From assembly GCF_009914755.1 (NCBI RefSeq), contig NC_060930.1: a DNA stretch of 64,000 nt; one strand, 5' to 3'. The translations under genes and the position numbers were made by a program. The stretch is from the human T2T-CHM13v2.0 reference genome, Homo sapiens. The notes under the pieces were generated by a model, which worked only from the letters and a program-made list of their open reading frames with translations, did no database searches and was not told where the DNA came from. This document shows positions 16,455 through 34,297 of this stretch, in pieces. Position 1 is the first letter of the stretch. Every line of letters begins with the position of its first letter.

Positions 16455-18783
16455 ATGACAGGATCAAATTCACACATAACAATATTAACCTTAAATGTAA
16501 ATGGGCTAAATGCTCCAATTAAAAGACACAGACTGGCAAATTGAATAAAGAGTCAAGACCCATCAGCATGCTGTATTCAGGAGACCCATCTCACATGCAG
16601 AGACACATATAGGCTCAAAATAAAGGGAGGGAGGAAGAGCTACAAAGCAAATGGAAAGCAAAACAAAGCAGGGGTTGCAGTCCTGTTCTCTGATAAAACA
16701 GACTTTAAACCAACAAAGATCAAAAGAGACAAGGAAGACCATTACATAATGGTAAAGGGATCAATTCAACAAGAAGAGCTAACTATCCTAAATACATATG
16801 CACCCAATACAGGAGTACCCAGATTCATAAAGCAAATCCTTAGAGACCTACAAAGAGACTTAGACTCCCACACAATAATAATGGGAGACTTTAACACCCC
16901 ACCCCACTGTCAATATTAGACAGATCAACGAGAAAGAAGGTTAACAAGGATATCCAGGACCTGAACTCAGCTCTGCACCAAGCAGACCTAATAGACATCT
17001 ACAGAACTCTCCACCCCAAATCAACAGAAAATACATTCTTCTCAGCACCACATTGCACTTATTCCAAAATTGACCACATAGTTGGAAGTAAAGCACTCCT
17101 CAGCAAATGTAAAAGAACAGAAATCACAACAAACTGTCTCTCAGACCACAGTGCAATCAAATTAGAACTCAGGATTAAGAAACTCACTCAAAACTGCACA
17201 ACTACATGGAAACCGAACAACCTGCTCCTGAATGACTGCTTGGTAAATAACAAAATGAAAGCAGCAATAAAGATGTTCTTTGAAACCAGTGAGAAGAAAG
17301 ACACAACGTACCAGAATCTCTGGGACACATTTAAAGCAGTGTGTAGAGGGAAATTTATAGCACTAAGTGCCCACAAGAGAAAGCAGGAAAGATCTAAAAT
17401 CAACACCCTAACATCACAATTAAAAGAACTAGAGAAGCAAGAGCAAACAAATTCAAAAGCCAGCAGAAGGCAAGAAATAACTAAGATCAGAGTAGAACTG
17501 AAGGAGACAGAGACACAAAAAAACCCTTCAAAAAATCAATGAATCCAGGAGCTGGTTTTTTGAAAAGATCAACAAAATTGATAGACTGCTAGCAAGACAA
17601 ATAAGAAGAAAAAAACAGCATGGTACTGGTACCAAGACAGATATATAGACCAATGGAACGGAACAGAGGCCTCAGAAATAAAACCACACATCTACAACGA
17701 TCTGATCTTTGACAAACCTGACAAAAACAAGAAATGGGGAAAGGATTCCCTATTTAATAAACGGTGCTGGGAAAACTGGCTAGACATATGTAGAAAGCTA
17801 AAACTGGATCCCTTCCTTACACGTTATACAAAAATTAATTCAAGATGGATTAAAGACTTAAATGTTAGACCTAAAACCATAAAAACCCTAGAAGAAAACC
17901 TAGGCAATACCATTCAGGACATAGGCATGAGCAAGGACTTCATGACTAAAACACCAAAAGCAATGGCAACAAAAGCCAAAATAGACAAATGAGATCTAAT
18001 TAAACTAAAGAGCTTCTGCACAGCAAAAGAAACTACCATCAGAGTGAACAGGCAACCTACAGAATGGGAGAAAGTTTTTGCAATCTACCCATTTGACAAA
18101 GGGCTAATATCCAGAAACTACAAAGAACTTACACAAATTTACAAGAAAAAATCAAACAACCCCATCAAAAAGTGGCAAAGAATATGAACAGATACTTCTC
18201 AAAAGAAGACATCTATGCAGCCAACAGACACATGAAAAAATGCTCATCATCACTGGCCATCAGAGAAATGCAAATCAAAACCACAATGAGATACCATCTC
18301 ACACCAGTTAGAATGGCGATCATTAAAAAGTCAGGAAACAACAGATACTGGAGAGGATGTGGAGAAATAGGAACACTTTTACACTGTTGGGAGTGTAAAC
18401 TAGTTGAACCATTGTGGAAGACAGTGTGATGATTCCTCAAGGATCTAAAACTAGAAATACCATTTGACCCAGCAATCCCATTACTGGGTGTACACCCAAA
18501 GGATTATAAATCATGCTACTATAAAGACACATGCACACGTATGTTTATTGCAGCACTATTCACAATAGCAAAAACTTGGAACTAACCCAAATGTCCATCA
18601 ATGATAGACTGGATTAAGAAAATGTGGCACATATATACCATGGAATACTATACAGCCATAAAAAAGGATGAGTTCATGTCCTTTGCAGGGACATAGATGA
18701 AGCTAGAAACCATCATTCTGAGCAAACTATCACAAGGACTTAAAACCAAACACTGCATGTTCTCACTCATAGGTGGGAATTGA
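16455..18783 (+). pseudogene. L1 ORF2 remnant (EN domain and C-terminal part; RT deleted)
   Basis: MTGSNSHITILTLNVNGLN start, TGA at codon 30 (16542-16544), frameshifts, junction at ~17611, ends ggtgggaattga. Confidence 0.93.
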
Positions 18784-19839
18784 ACAATGAGACACTTGGA
18801 CAAAAGGCAGGGAACATCACACGTGGGGGCCTGTTGTGGGGTGGAGGGGAAGGGGAGGGTTAGCATTCGGAGAAATACCTAATGTAAATGACGAGTTAAT
18901 GGGTGCAGCAAACCAACATGGCACATGTATACCTATGTAACAAATCTGCAAGTCGTGCACATGTACCCTAGAACTTAAAGTATAATAATTAAAAAAATAA
19001 ATAAACTGGAAAAAAAATTTTTTTAAGGCAAAAAAAGTAAAATAATCTCTCAGCGTCTTCAAAAATATACATTTGCTTCATGAAGCAACAAATGAATTCC
19101 CTTCTCAGTCCTCCAGATCCCCCTTCTTGTGGGAACTTGGCCTTTCTGTTCTCGTCAGACACCCCCTCATGGATGTGTATCTGTCTCCGGGTTCTCCGGG
19201 TACTCAGTGTCCTGTACTGGATTGTTTGCTCACAGACCAAAGTGTCCCTCCTACTCTGAGCTCTTCCCCAACGCCATCAGCCCAGTGCTCACCCTAGAGA
19301 AGAGCTCAATAAACGCATAATGAGAAAATGAATGGACAACCAATCGGCCTCTTTCCATTATCTCCACTATTTCCAGTGGATGTCCTTTTTGGGGATGGTC
19401 CTGGGTCTTTAAGGCTCACTGCAGCAAGCAGACTCTTCCTGCATGGAGGGTGGAACAGGCTCTGGGGGCACAGATCCACTACAGTGGCTGGGAGGGAGGG
19501 AGTCCTTCCTGGGAGGAAGAGGATGGCAACGGCGAGTGTGGCAACAGGCGATGGGAAGTATAGTCAGCACTGGGGAGGCCCAGTGCAAGAAATATGGTGT
19601 CTCACCAGGCATGAAGAGCCACATAATGAGGGGTCCCAATGGAAGCCTCTGTTCTGAGCGAGACATCAGAGAGGGACCCCACAGGGCCCATCCCAGGGCC
19701 CTGCACAGTGCCCAGCTGGTCCACAGGCCAGAAATGGAAACTTGACACTGAATTCTGCGCCCTCCAAACTGATGTTTTCTGAGCAGTTTCCCCTCTGCCC
19801 CTTGGCTTGCATGCCCGTCCTCCTCAGCTGCAGGGTCTA

Positions 19840-20577
<738 letters not shown>

Positions 20578-21258
20578 TTACTGGGCCCCCATTTGTGAGG
20601 TGGTGAGGACATCCCTCCAGGCACTCCATCACTGTTCCTCTCTTAAAATCCACCATTCTCCATTGTGCCTTCATTTAGATAGATCTCACTTCTGGAATCT
20701 AGAATCCAGAATTCACAAAATTAAAGGAAGGCAGAAACTAGGAGCACGCAGCTAGGAACTTTCAAAATAAGAACTTTTACCTAACAAGCACATTCAGATT
20801 TTCAAGAACATCAGCCCTAGCCCTCACTTTGGGGCCTTTACTGGGCAGAAAAAAACATGCAGCGGGTGTCGGGAGGCATTCTGGAAACAAGACTGCGTTG
20901 GATTGCAGAAGAGCCTTGCCAAGTGACAAACAGGAAGGAGGGGAAAACGCATCTCAGCACTTTCAAAGCAGAAACACAAATGACTGTCCCCACCCTCCTC
21001 TCTCCATCTCTAAATTTCTTTAGTAAAATAAATTTGGAATTAGGGTTAAATAAAGCCATCCAAGTACCCCTTCCTCTCCAGTCTATGCCACAAGGAATCT
21101 ATCCACTGACTCGGACCTTGTCTGGAGTTTCTGTCTGTGTGGGGATAAGTTATCTGCATGGGGATAAGAGAATCAAAGGAAATTTAAGCTACATGTATAG
21201 GTTACTGTGGTTATGCAGAACGTTGGACTTTTCCTGCCAAATAAAAGTAGCTACAAGG

Positions 21259-21628
<370 letters not shown>

Positions 21629-22422
21629 TCAGAAAATAATGAAGCCCAGGAAAGGGTATGAGAAGGGTAACATACCAGGGGAGTGGGCACGGGTGACTCC
21701 TTCAGTCACACCAACAATTGAACACCTGGCAGACAATGTTACCATGAGGTTCTTGGGCTTAATTTGAATAAACCACAGGATTTCATCATCTTAGGGAATT
21801 GTGATATAGTTGAATTCTCAAATAAAATTATTCCTAATTGGTTTTAATTCTTTAATATTAGCAGAGGTGAGAAGACATTAAATCAAACAGAAGGCAACAT
21901 AAAAAACAAACTTCAAAAAATATGAGAGTTGTTGCCTTATTTCTGTGGTTCCTTCCTCAAATGCTGCCACCCATCTAAAAATAAAAATTTCTTTCTCTTT
22001 TCTCTCCTTATCCAAATAATTGAGAGCATGCTCCCTCCTTTCACACTCCATGATTCAGCCATCAAAGAACCAACCTCAGCCTCAGCGTAAGTATTTGCCT
22101 GTGTCAAGCAAAATCTACAAGAATACATCTCTCTCCCTCTCTCTCTGTCTCTCTCTTAGGTAGGTACGCAAGAATCTCCACATCAGTTGATCATAGTGGA
22201 TTGGCTCTACCCAGTGTCATAAACTGAAAGATGACAACAAGGAATTTTCTGCAAAATGTCAAGTAAATAATACACACACACACACACACACCACCACCAC
22301 CTTCATCTTCAACTGTCGGAACTGCTCCTAGCAAGCTTTCTACTTCAGGGGAAGACAATGTATATTGTATAAAAAAAAAAAAAAAGACATTTGGGAGTTG
22401 CTGATTTAAGATGCAAAAATGA

Positions 22423-22722
<300 letters not shown>

Positions 22723-22734
22723 ATTAATTTTTAA

Positions 22735-23070
<336 letters not shown>

Positions 23071-23097
23071 TAACTGGTATGGGGCAAAGAAGATTTT

Positions 23098-23245
23098 CTG
23101 GTGGAGTGCAGTGGCTCACACGTGTAATCCCAGCACTTTGGGAGGCCAAAGTGGGTGGACTACTTGAGCTCAGGAGTACAAGACCAGCCTAGGCAATATA
23201 GGGAGACCTCATCCCTACGAAAAATTTAAAAATAAAAAATAAAAA
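23098..23245 (+). mobile_element. FLAM/Alu left monomer
   Basis: Monomer with A-tail. Confidence 0.85.
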
Positions 23246-23309
23246 GGAAGTTTTACTATTTGTCTACCCTCCCCCAATAAAATATAGGCAGGAATGGTAT
23301 AATAAGTAT

Positions 23310-23620
23310 TAATATTTGTTGAGCAGTTATCACATGCTACACTTTGCATGGATTATCTCATTTAGCCCTCACGACAACCCTATAGGTAGATACCATTATT
23401 ATTCCCATTTTACAGGCAATGAACTGAGGGTTAATGAGTCTGGCAATGAGCCCAGGAGTTTGAGGTTACAGTGAACTATAATTGTGCCACTGCATTCCAG
23501 CTTGGGTGACAGAGCGAGAGCCTGTCTCAAAAAAAAAAAACAACAAAAAAAAACCTAGTAAGTGGCAGAACCAAGCTATGCACCCAGACAGTCTTACTTC
23601 AGGGCTCATTTCCTTAACTA
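23310..23620 (-). mobile_element. MIR (interrupted by an Alu 3' fragment at 23447-23553)
   Basis: attattattcccattttacaggcaatgaactgagg; ctagtaagtggcagaacc. Confidence 0.78.
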
Positions 23621-24436
23621 GCAAGCTCTGCTGCCTCCCTGCAGAATGTGGTAGACAGGAATCAGAAGACTGGCTTGGCCTCAAGACCTCCCTCTTACTT
23701 GCCACTAGCTTGTTCTAACACATTGAGTAAGACAGAGGAAGATCTTAACATGTTTGACCAAACAATGTTCTACAGGTATTTCCTAGCTCTTCCATTTTGG
23801 TTTTCCAGAAACCTCACATCTGACTTCGCTGAATCTTAGGGACTGCCGGCAAAGGACATGAAGCAATCTTTGCAAATGAGTTTTTAAAAGCAGAAAGAGC
23901 TGTGTCGGAGGTTACAACCTACTGAAAGGTGAAGCCAAAGTTCTAACCCTTTAGCCTAGCCCTGTGGGGTGAGAGTGGGGTGAGAATGATCACGGGTAGA
24001 TCCCCAGCTCCCAAGGCAATGACAGCAGCTGCAGACCCCATGCTGTACAAACTGAAGCTATACTGAGTGCACACATTGATATGCTTGATGTAGTGCACCT
24101 ACACAGTCTGTTAACATTTGTGTAGTGACAAATGGATGCAAAGCTCTGTACTAAACATGACACCACCCAGCTTTGTCTTCCAAGAGCTGATGATCTGAGG
24201 AGATATGAGACAAATAATCATGCAAATGGCTCCCAAATATATAGCAGAAAACAAGAAGAAAGAGCTGTTATTAAAAGCTTGGGGATTACAGGAGAGAGAC
24301 AAGCAATGGAGATGGGTGAGGTCAGACCAAGAATTGAGATAGTCTTGGGGCGGCAATGACAGGGTTGCTTAACCTCAGATTTTGGTATAGGCTCCATAAA
24401 AAGACAGTGTTGCTGGGGCAGAGTGATCCTTTGGTC

Positions 24437-24732
24437 TTTTTTTTTTTTAATTTTTAGAGATGGGGGTCTTGCTTTGTCACCCAGGCTGGAGTGCAGTGGC
24501 ATGATCATGGCTGACTGTAGCCTTGACCTCCCAGGCTCAAGCAATCCTCCCACCTCAGTCTCCCAAGTAGCTGGGACTATAGGTGCACACCACCACGCTG
24601 GGAAAATTTATATATATACATTTAATTTTGTAAAGATGGAGTTCCCCCTCTTTCCTGATCTTGAACTCCTGGGATCAGCAATCCTCCCACCTCATCTTCC
24701 CAAAGTGCTGGGATGACAAGTGTGAGCCACAG
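24437..24732 (-). mobile_element. Alu (AluJ-like)
   Basis: Antisense Alu. Confidence 0.9.
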
Positions 24733-24947
24733 GTCCTTATCATCATGTTTGAAAGAGGAAGCACTAATGCCACATTTACTTTTCTGTTTCCTACTTTCTT
24801 AGGGGAATGTTCAGCCTTCTTCTATACAGGGGAATTTCTACAGTAGTAGGTGTTCAGTAAATATCTGGCTGGATCAATGAATTGGGAGGTGGGGGTGTCT
24901 TACATTGGTGCATTTATTCAACACATTCTCACTTATTCAACAACGCC

Positions 24948-25443
24948 TGTGGTGGTTTTAAAGTATGTCCACAAATTCTTTGATATGCTGTCCTTCTTCA
25001 AAAGATGGAGGCTAATTCCTTTCTTATTAAGTGTGAGCTGTATATAGTCTCTTCTAACAAATTCAATGTTGCCAAAATGGCCAAAATAATGATCCAAGTG
25101 AGTCTAGGACATACTAGGCATAGTGGTCTCCTCTTTGCTCTTTCTCTTAGATCACACTTTCTGGGGGAACTCAGCTGCCATGTCGTAAGGACACTCAAGC
25201 AGACATTTGGAAAGGCCCACGTAGTGGTGAGTAGCTAAGGCCTCCTGCCATCAGCCATGTGAGTGGGCCATCCTGGAAGATCATTCAGCCCCAGTCAAGC
25301 CTTCAGATGACTGCAATCTCATGAGAAAGCTAAGTTGCTCCCAAATTCCTGACCCACAAAAAACTGTGACATAATAAATGCTTGTTGTTTTAAGCCACTA
25401 GGTTTTAGGGTCTTTTGTTATGCAGCCATAAATAACTCATATA
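24948..25443 (+). mobile_element. MLT1F-like MaLR solo LTR
   Basis: TGTGGTGG...ccacaaattctttga start; cagccccagtcaagccttcagatgactgca; aataaatgcttgttgttttaagccacta...ttgttatgcagc end. Confidence 0.82.
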
Positions 25444-25444
25444 G

Positions 25445-26920
<1,476 letters not shown>

Positions 26921-26924
26921 ATAG

Positions 26925-27268
<344 letters not shown>

Positions 27269-27649
27269 ACTTCTCTTTTTTTTACGAAGAAGGGAGAGCT
27301 ACTCAGCCACTGGCATTGCCCCCCAAAAAATTCCCTTTCTAAGCAGATACTCCTCATTGGATTAGCAAAATGGCCCCCATGTTTTCCCTAAGGCCAACAG
27401 AGAGGTCACTAAGACAGGGTCATGTGAAATATAGCAGGAGCCTCCTGCTAATGGCTCAGGAACCAAAAGAGGCGTCAATGGACATGCTTTAAAACACAAC
27501 CAACTTCACCCAATGTCCTTCCAGAACACAGGAAATAAATTATTTCTTTTCAGAGAAACACAGGGGAGAGGACTTAATTTCCAGTGCTGTCACAAGTATA
27601 GGCAGAACCCTGTCCAGAAGGTCCCTAGCATGTATTTCTTTCTCTAGAC

Positions 27650-27830
27650 AGCATAGCCTCAGTGCCTGAGTTTGATATTAGCTAATCACCCTGCGCTCAT
27701 TACTTAGCCTCCTCAAATCTCCATTCCTTCATCTGTAAAATAAGGGTGAATATAGAACTCACCACAAAGGGCTGAGTAAGGATTGAGATTACTGAGCACA
27801 GTGCTTGGCACACAGTAAGAATTCGGGGGA
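27650..27830 (+). mobile_element. MIR
   Basis: ccttcatctgtaaaataagg...agcacagtgcttggcacacagtaag. Confidence 0.7.
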
Positions 27831-27967
27831 ATGTTTTTGCTATAATAGATGGTAAAGTTGTGCAATGAATATTATCACTACTAGATTCAAGTCACCATCA
27901 GAAATCTTTCTCTTTGCATTGTTTTTTGGTGTGTGTGTTTGTGTGTGTGTGTGTTTATGTCTTATGA

Positions 27968-28775
<808 letters not shown>

Positions 28776-29899
28776 TCATTATTCTCATCACACACCTGAT
28801 GTCTAGTATAGTATAGTGCCTGGTACGTAGCAGTACATCAATAATGCTGTGGGATGAGTTAATAATAAATTCCAAGTGTATCCCCCAAAAGGTACTTATT
28901 ATAGCAGAGAAATGTTGCTTCTAGGAGCAGAAAATGTCCTCTATGAGGAGCCAAGGAAAGGTTGAGGAGTCTGAAGAGAGAAGGACCTGAGGCTTGCACC
29001 ATATTCTGGATGAGGAGCATGGAGATCACTCTCAAATGAAGTTTGGCCAGATAGTGAGCAAAGCAACAGAGCAGCCAGACTGCTCAGCAGGAAGAAAAGA
29101 TAACAGCTCTGTGGGGTTTTTTTTGTTTTTGTTTTTCCCCTTGCAGGGTAACTCCCTTCATAGGCAACAGACCAGAGAGAGCAGTTGAAGATGAATGTGT
29201 CTCTCTTGGCAAATGCTGAGGAGCGTGCACTTCTATCTCATCATTAATCAGGAGGTAGAAGAGAGAGGGTTCTGGTGACCAGTGATGATTTGGGAACACC
29301 AAAAAAGACAAACAAACTCCAAACATAATCCAGTGAAAACCCAACAAATTACATGACATTTCAAACCCAGCAGGAGACAAAACGCAGACCCCAAAGAGGA
29401 AGTGATGTATTCACCCTAGCCAAACAAAGAGGTCGACACTTTGAAGAGGAAAAAGAAAATCAAGTACAAAGGGACAGCCTAAATTCCTTAAAAGAGCATG
29501 GAGGTTGTGACTGAGATCCCATTCCTGGCCTCTGAATCCTGTCTCCCACAACCAGTCAAGCCTGTGGTGATCCATGGACTACCATGTTCTGGAATGAACC
29601 AAGAGAAATTAAAGCCTCCTCTCCTCGGAGACAAAACTTCATGCAAACGACATCACTTGAAGTCACCATGGAAAAGAATAGATGGAGTGGGGAGGGGGCA
29701 GCATGGAATGAATAGTGGGAAAGGTGACCAAAAGACCTTGAACGATATTCATTCAAAGATAGGCCTCAAGTTGACAATAAAGATGGAATCTTCCATGTAA
29801 TGCTGCTTTGCAGTAATCAGATCTCTAATCCCAGTTATCGCAAAGAAATGCAAACATGAATGAGGTATTGCCAATGTCTCTAGGGGAATTGCATTTTCA

Positions 29900-30030
29900 T
29901 CCTTCATTTAACTGAGAAACTGAGGTGCAAAGAAATGAAGGAAATCGCTTAAAGGATGACAGTGTGAGTCAGCAGCCCGACCAGGAAGCCGGGGCTGCGA
30001 CTCCTCACTTCCTGGTTTTCTCTACAAATA
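29900..30030 (-). mobile_element. MIR fragment
   Basis: catttaactgagaaactgaggtgcaaagaaatgaag. Confidence 0.55.
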
Positions 30031-31108
30031 TGAAGAGTACATTCCCTTCCTCTCAGAATCGGTTTGTGGCAGCAGTTCTCTAGCTTAGAAAGGCAGCTTT
30101 CCAGGAGAGAAGGCACGGGCATTCGGCTCCTGCTGGGGAGGGGCGAGGTAACCCGACATCAGGTCCACAGGTCCACAGAAACTGAAATTTCTTCCAAGAT
30201 GAGGCTTTCCCCTTCCTTCGCCTGGAAAACCAATTTGCGCTGATGCCCTGACTCCCTCTCCTTAGAGTGTCCTCCCTGCTCACCATTCTAAGGCAGCGGC
30301 TGCACAAATTAGCAGTGCTCTTTGTCCCTAGAGCTCCAGAATCCGATTGTGTTCCAGTGTGTGCCGCAGGCCTCGATGTGTGCTGTGCATTGTAAAACAC
30401 TGGCACGTGCTTCTGCAAAGAATTTTGTTCTTCTTAACAGCCACCAGAAAGTTTGTTTGGCCATCCATCCCACTGAAGCAAAAAAGGAGAAGAAAGAGAA
30501 GAAAAGGCTGTGAACCGCTTATTAGAAGCTTCCAAAGCTGAGTGGAAGTTTAACCAATTTCAAGGAAAGCACACACACACTAAACCCCCCACTGTTTGAG
30601 GACTTTCCACGTTTGCATGCACTGGAGCTGGACTCTGGAGCAAAGGGCAGCAGTGATTATTCTAGAGGTTATGTCATAGATGGTGTAACATTATCTTCTG
30701 CCCACTGGGATCTTATCAGCCATGTGTGCCTGGTCTATTTTGAGACCCATCTGAGCCTGCTACCTGGGACATGGGTAGTGTTAACAAATCAACATATGGC
30801 TGACAAGAGTTTAACCTGCCTCGTCTGGTGAAGAACAGTCAGAGCAAACTGTCTGTCAGCAGCAGCAGCTGAACTTGTGATATGAAATATTGCTTTCTTG
30901 CCTAAAAGCAGGACAGAGAAAGAAAAAGAAAAAAGAAGCAAAAGAAATATTGCTTTGTCTTCCAAATAAAATTTAGAGGCTCAGTGTAAACTGCAACTGT
31001 GACCCCAATCAACCAAGTAGGTGAAACACACACACACACAGAGACACACACACATCTTTTTACTTAGATAGCTTTGTTATTCAGCAAGAAGACAAATTAT
31101 TAAAAAGT

Positions 31109-31415
31109 TGCCGGGCACAGTGGCTCACCATGCTGTAATCCCAGCACTTTGGGAGGCTGAGGCGGGTGGATCTCCTGAGGTCAGGAGTTCGAGACGAGCC
31201 TGGCCAACATGGCCAAACCCTGTCTCTACTAAAAATATAAAAATTAACTGGGCGTGGTGGCAGGCGCCTGTAGTCCCAGCTACTCTGGAGGCTGAGGCAG
31301 GAGAATCGCTTGAACCCGGGAGGCAGAGGTTGCAACGAGATCCCGCCACCGCACTCCAGCCTGGCAACAGAGTGAGACTCCGTTTCAAAATAATAATACT
31401 AATAAAATAAAAAAA
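31109..31415 (+). mobile_element. Alu (AluS)
   Basis: Full dimer; TSD aaaagttg. Confidence 0.93.
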
Positions 31416-31763
31416 TTAAAAGTTGAGTTCTTTCCACGAGTGAGGGCTGAGAGCTGGCATCCTAGGCAGGCAGGCCAGACCCAGGGTGTGCAATGGCCCT
31501 ATTTGTTGCCTTGGTCTTACGTACGGAAGACCTCGGCTTCTCTCTTTGCCATTAGCAGGAGTCGAATTCTCAGGGCCTAACCTCACGTTCTATTTTCAGC
31601 TATTTCCACAAAGCGTGCAGCCTCTTAGTCTGCCGTCTTCCTGCTGTCCCTCACCCTCCAGGCCAGCAGCAGTGCCGGCCACCTGCCAGTAGCACCTGCT
31701 CCCTGCCCTGCTGCCTTGCTGTTTCCTTGGGTCCAGAAAGCCGTCCCTTCCTCCCAACTCTCA

Positions 31764-31934
<171 letters not shown>

Positions 31935-32186
31935 TTAAGTGGCTTCCTCTTATTTGTCTACCCAGCGAGTGGTGACGATTTATGTAGTGTAGGGGAGATC
32001 TCAGAAGCTGTCAGCCTGAAACACCTGGCCTTTGTCTTCCTGAAGAGAGGGGTTTATTTCTGGCAGACAATCCTACTGGATTTAAAGTTGGGGTGGTTAG
32101 AGAGGCTGCTTCTTCATCCATCTTGAAGTGGACATGATGAGGAAAAAATACACTGAGGAAAATGGCCAGTTAAAGACTTCATTATT

Positions 32187-32485
32187 GGCCGGGCGCAGTG
32201 GCTCATGCCTGTAATCCCAGCACTTTGGGAGGCCGAGGTGGGCAGATCACCTGAGCTCAGGAGTTCGAGATCACCCTGGCCAACATGGTGAAACCCCGTC
32301 TCTACTAAAAATACAAAAATTAGCCAGGCATGGTGGCAGGCACCTGTAATCCCAGCTACTCGGGAGGCTGAGTCCAGAGAATCACTTGTACCGGGAGGCA
32401 GAGGTTGCAGTGAGCCGAGACTGTGCTACTGCACTCCAACCTGGGTGACAGAGCGAGACTCTGTCTCAAGAATTAAAAATAAATA
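32187..32485 (+). mobile_element. Alu (AluSx-like)
   Basis: TSD taaagactt. Confidence 0.93.
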
Positions 32486-33129
32486 AAGACTTTAGCTGAT
32501 GGTAATATGGCTCAGGGTCCTACAAAGCTCATAGAAAGTGAGAGGTGCCTTCTCGTCAAAGTACCTAAGAAAGGCTGGGTGGGAAGAGAAACCAAGAAGA
32601 TTCTCCACTTTTTTAGCCACCATACGTGCCAAATAGTGGAATCTTCCAGGGTGCATGTGTTATTTGTGACTCAATAGCTATTGTGTGCAACGGCCTCTTC
32701 ATTGACTTCTCCTCAGACAAGTCATAAAAAAAAAAAAATCTCCCTTTCTTTCAGGAAAGTTAGAAATTCATTTGCCTCCAAAATAATTTTCTCTTCTTTC
32801 AGGTAGAGAGACCTAAATAAGTCTTTCAAAGTCTCCCTTTTTTTGATGACTATTTCTAGAAGTAAGAGCCAGAAAGGGCAGAATAATTAGGTTAAGTCAC
32901 ATCTAGCCCTGTGCCATCTGTGCATGGAGTGTGCGGATGATCTCGGTAGCGGTTAAGCCACTTACTAACCTCCTATCCACTGGGAAGTGATGAAGGAAGA
33001 AGTGACTAATGATGCTAAGGAGACAGCTGTCCTTATTTGGGCTCAGTTTACAGCAATTCTTGCCTTTGCAAAGATAACCAGGGGTTCAAAGCATGACATC
33101 TAAGAGTTGGTGAGGAAGCCCCATCTGTG

Positions 33130-33340
33130 CTAGTTAGGGCTTTGGAGTCACAGACTTGGGTTCTAATTCTAATTCTGTCACTCACTGGCTGCATGACCTT
33201 AAATTACTTAGCCTTGTTAAGCGTAGATTCCTCATCTGTAAAATATGGAAGAAGAAGCTTTGCCTCTTAGGGTTGTTGTGAAGATTAGCATAAAATGCCA
33301 GGTGCAGAATAAGGGCTTAGTAAGTGGCAAATTATTATTG
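33130..33340 (+). mobile_element. MIR
   Basis: gggctttggagtcacagacttgggttctaattc...ttcctcatctgtaaaat. Confidence 0.82.
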
Positions 33341-34075
33341 GGGAATAAAATAAATGAAGAGGATTTTGTTAATAAACAAGATTCTTCCAACTAATCCCAC
33401 CTTCAATTATGATTTGGGAGCTCAGTGTATCATCCTTCGCACTGGAACCCTGCTCAGCAATGATGCCATCTGCTTGTTTGCTTGCTGTAATAATCCAAGA
33501 CTAAAGACCCTTAAAAAAAAAAAAAAAAAAAAAAAGATACCCTGCTGAAGGGAAAATTATACAGGGCAAGTAGAGATATTCAGAGTAAAAATATACTTAG
33601 TAATAAAACCTTCTGTGTCACTATGAACACCATTTGTGTTTCTGACAAGTACCACTCAATTTTGTTTTCATGACCATAAAAAATTCCAGCAGAGACGTAG
33701 ATCTTCAGTATCTCAGGTCTGGTAGTGTGCATGGATTGTAAAACCTTTTCTTGGCTTTGGGCACCAAAGTAGGTTAGGTAATAAAGAAGTTGCAAAGAAG
33801 AGATGTTTGGAGTTTCCAGTTTTGATAGCCAAAAGATAAAACAAATGTGATGAGAGCATAGAGTTATCCCCAACACCGTTATATCCCATAAAATCAATCA
33901 AAAAATTATGTGTTACATAAAATAAGGATAGAGAGAGAAAGAGAGAGAGAGAAAGAGAGAGAGAGAAAGAGAATGTCTGCTTTACTAAATTGATTTTCTC
34001 TCTCTTCAGAGTTGGTTCTCCTTTTTTGACCCCCACCATATATATAAGACAATAGCTTTACTTTAGTATTCATTA

Positions 34076-34297
<222 letters not shown>

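Larger units (their letters stand above)
14366..19031 (+). mobile_element. LINE-1 (L1PA5/PA6-like) with intact ends and ~1.5-kb internal ORF2 deletion
   Basis: 5'UTR from ccaagatggtcgaatagg, ORF1, 63-nt spacer, ORF2 from 16455, 3'UTR ending aacttaaagtataataat; TSD aaaaagtaaaata at 14353-14365 and 19032-19044. Confidence 0.97.

Noticed and set aside
17240-18429. ORF2 sub-ORFs as functional proteins
   Set aside because: Fragments of a disrupted ORF2 with an early stop, frameshifts and no RT
33513-33535. Isolated poly(A) run as a retrocopy tail
   Set aside because: No upstream SINE or mRNA body, and only a weak flanking repeat
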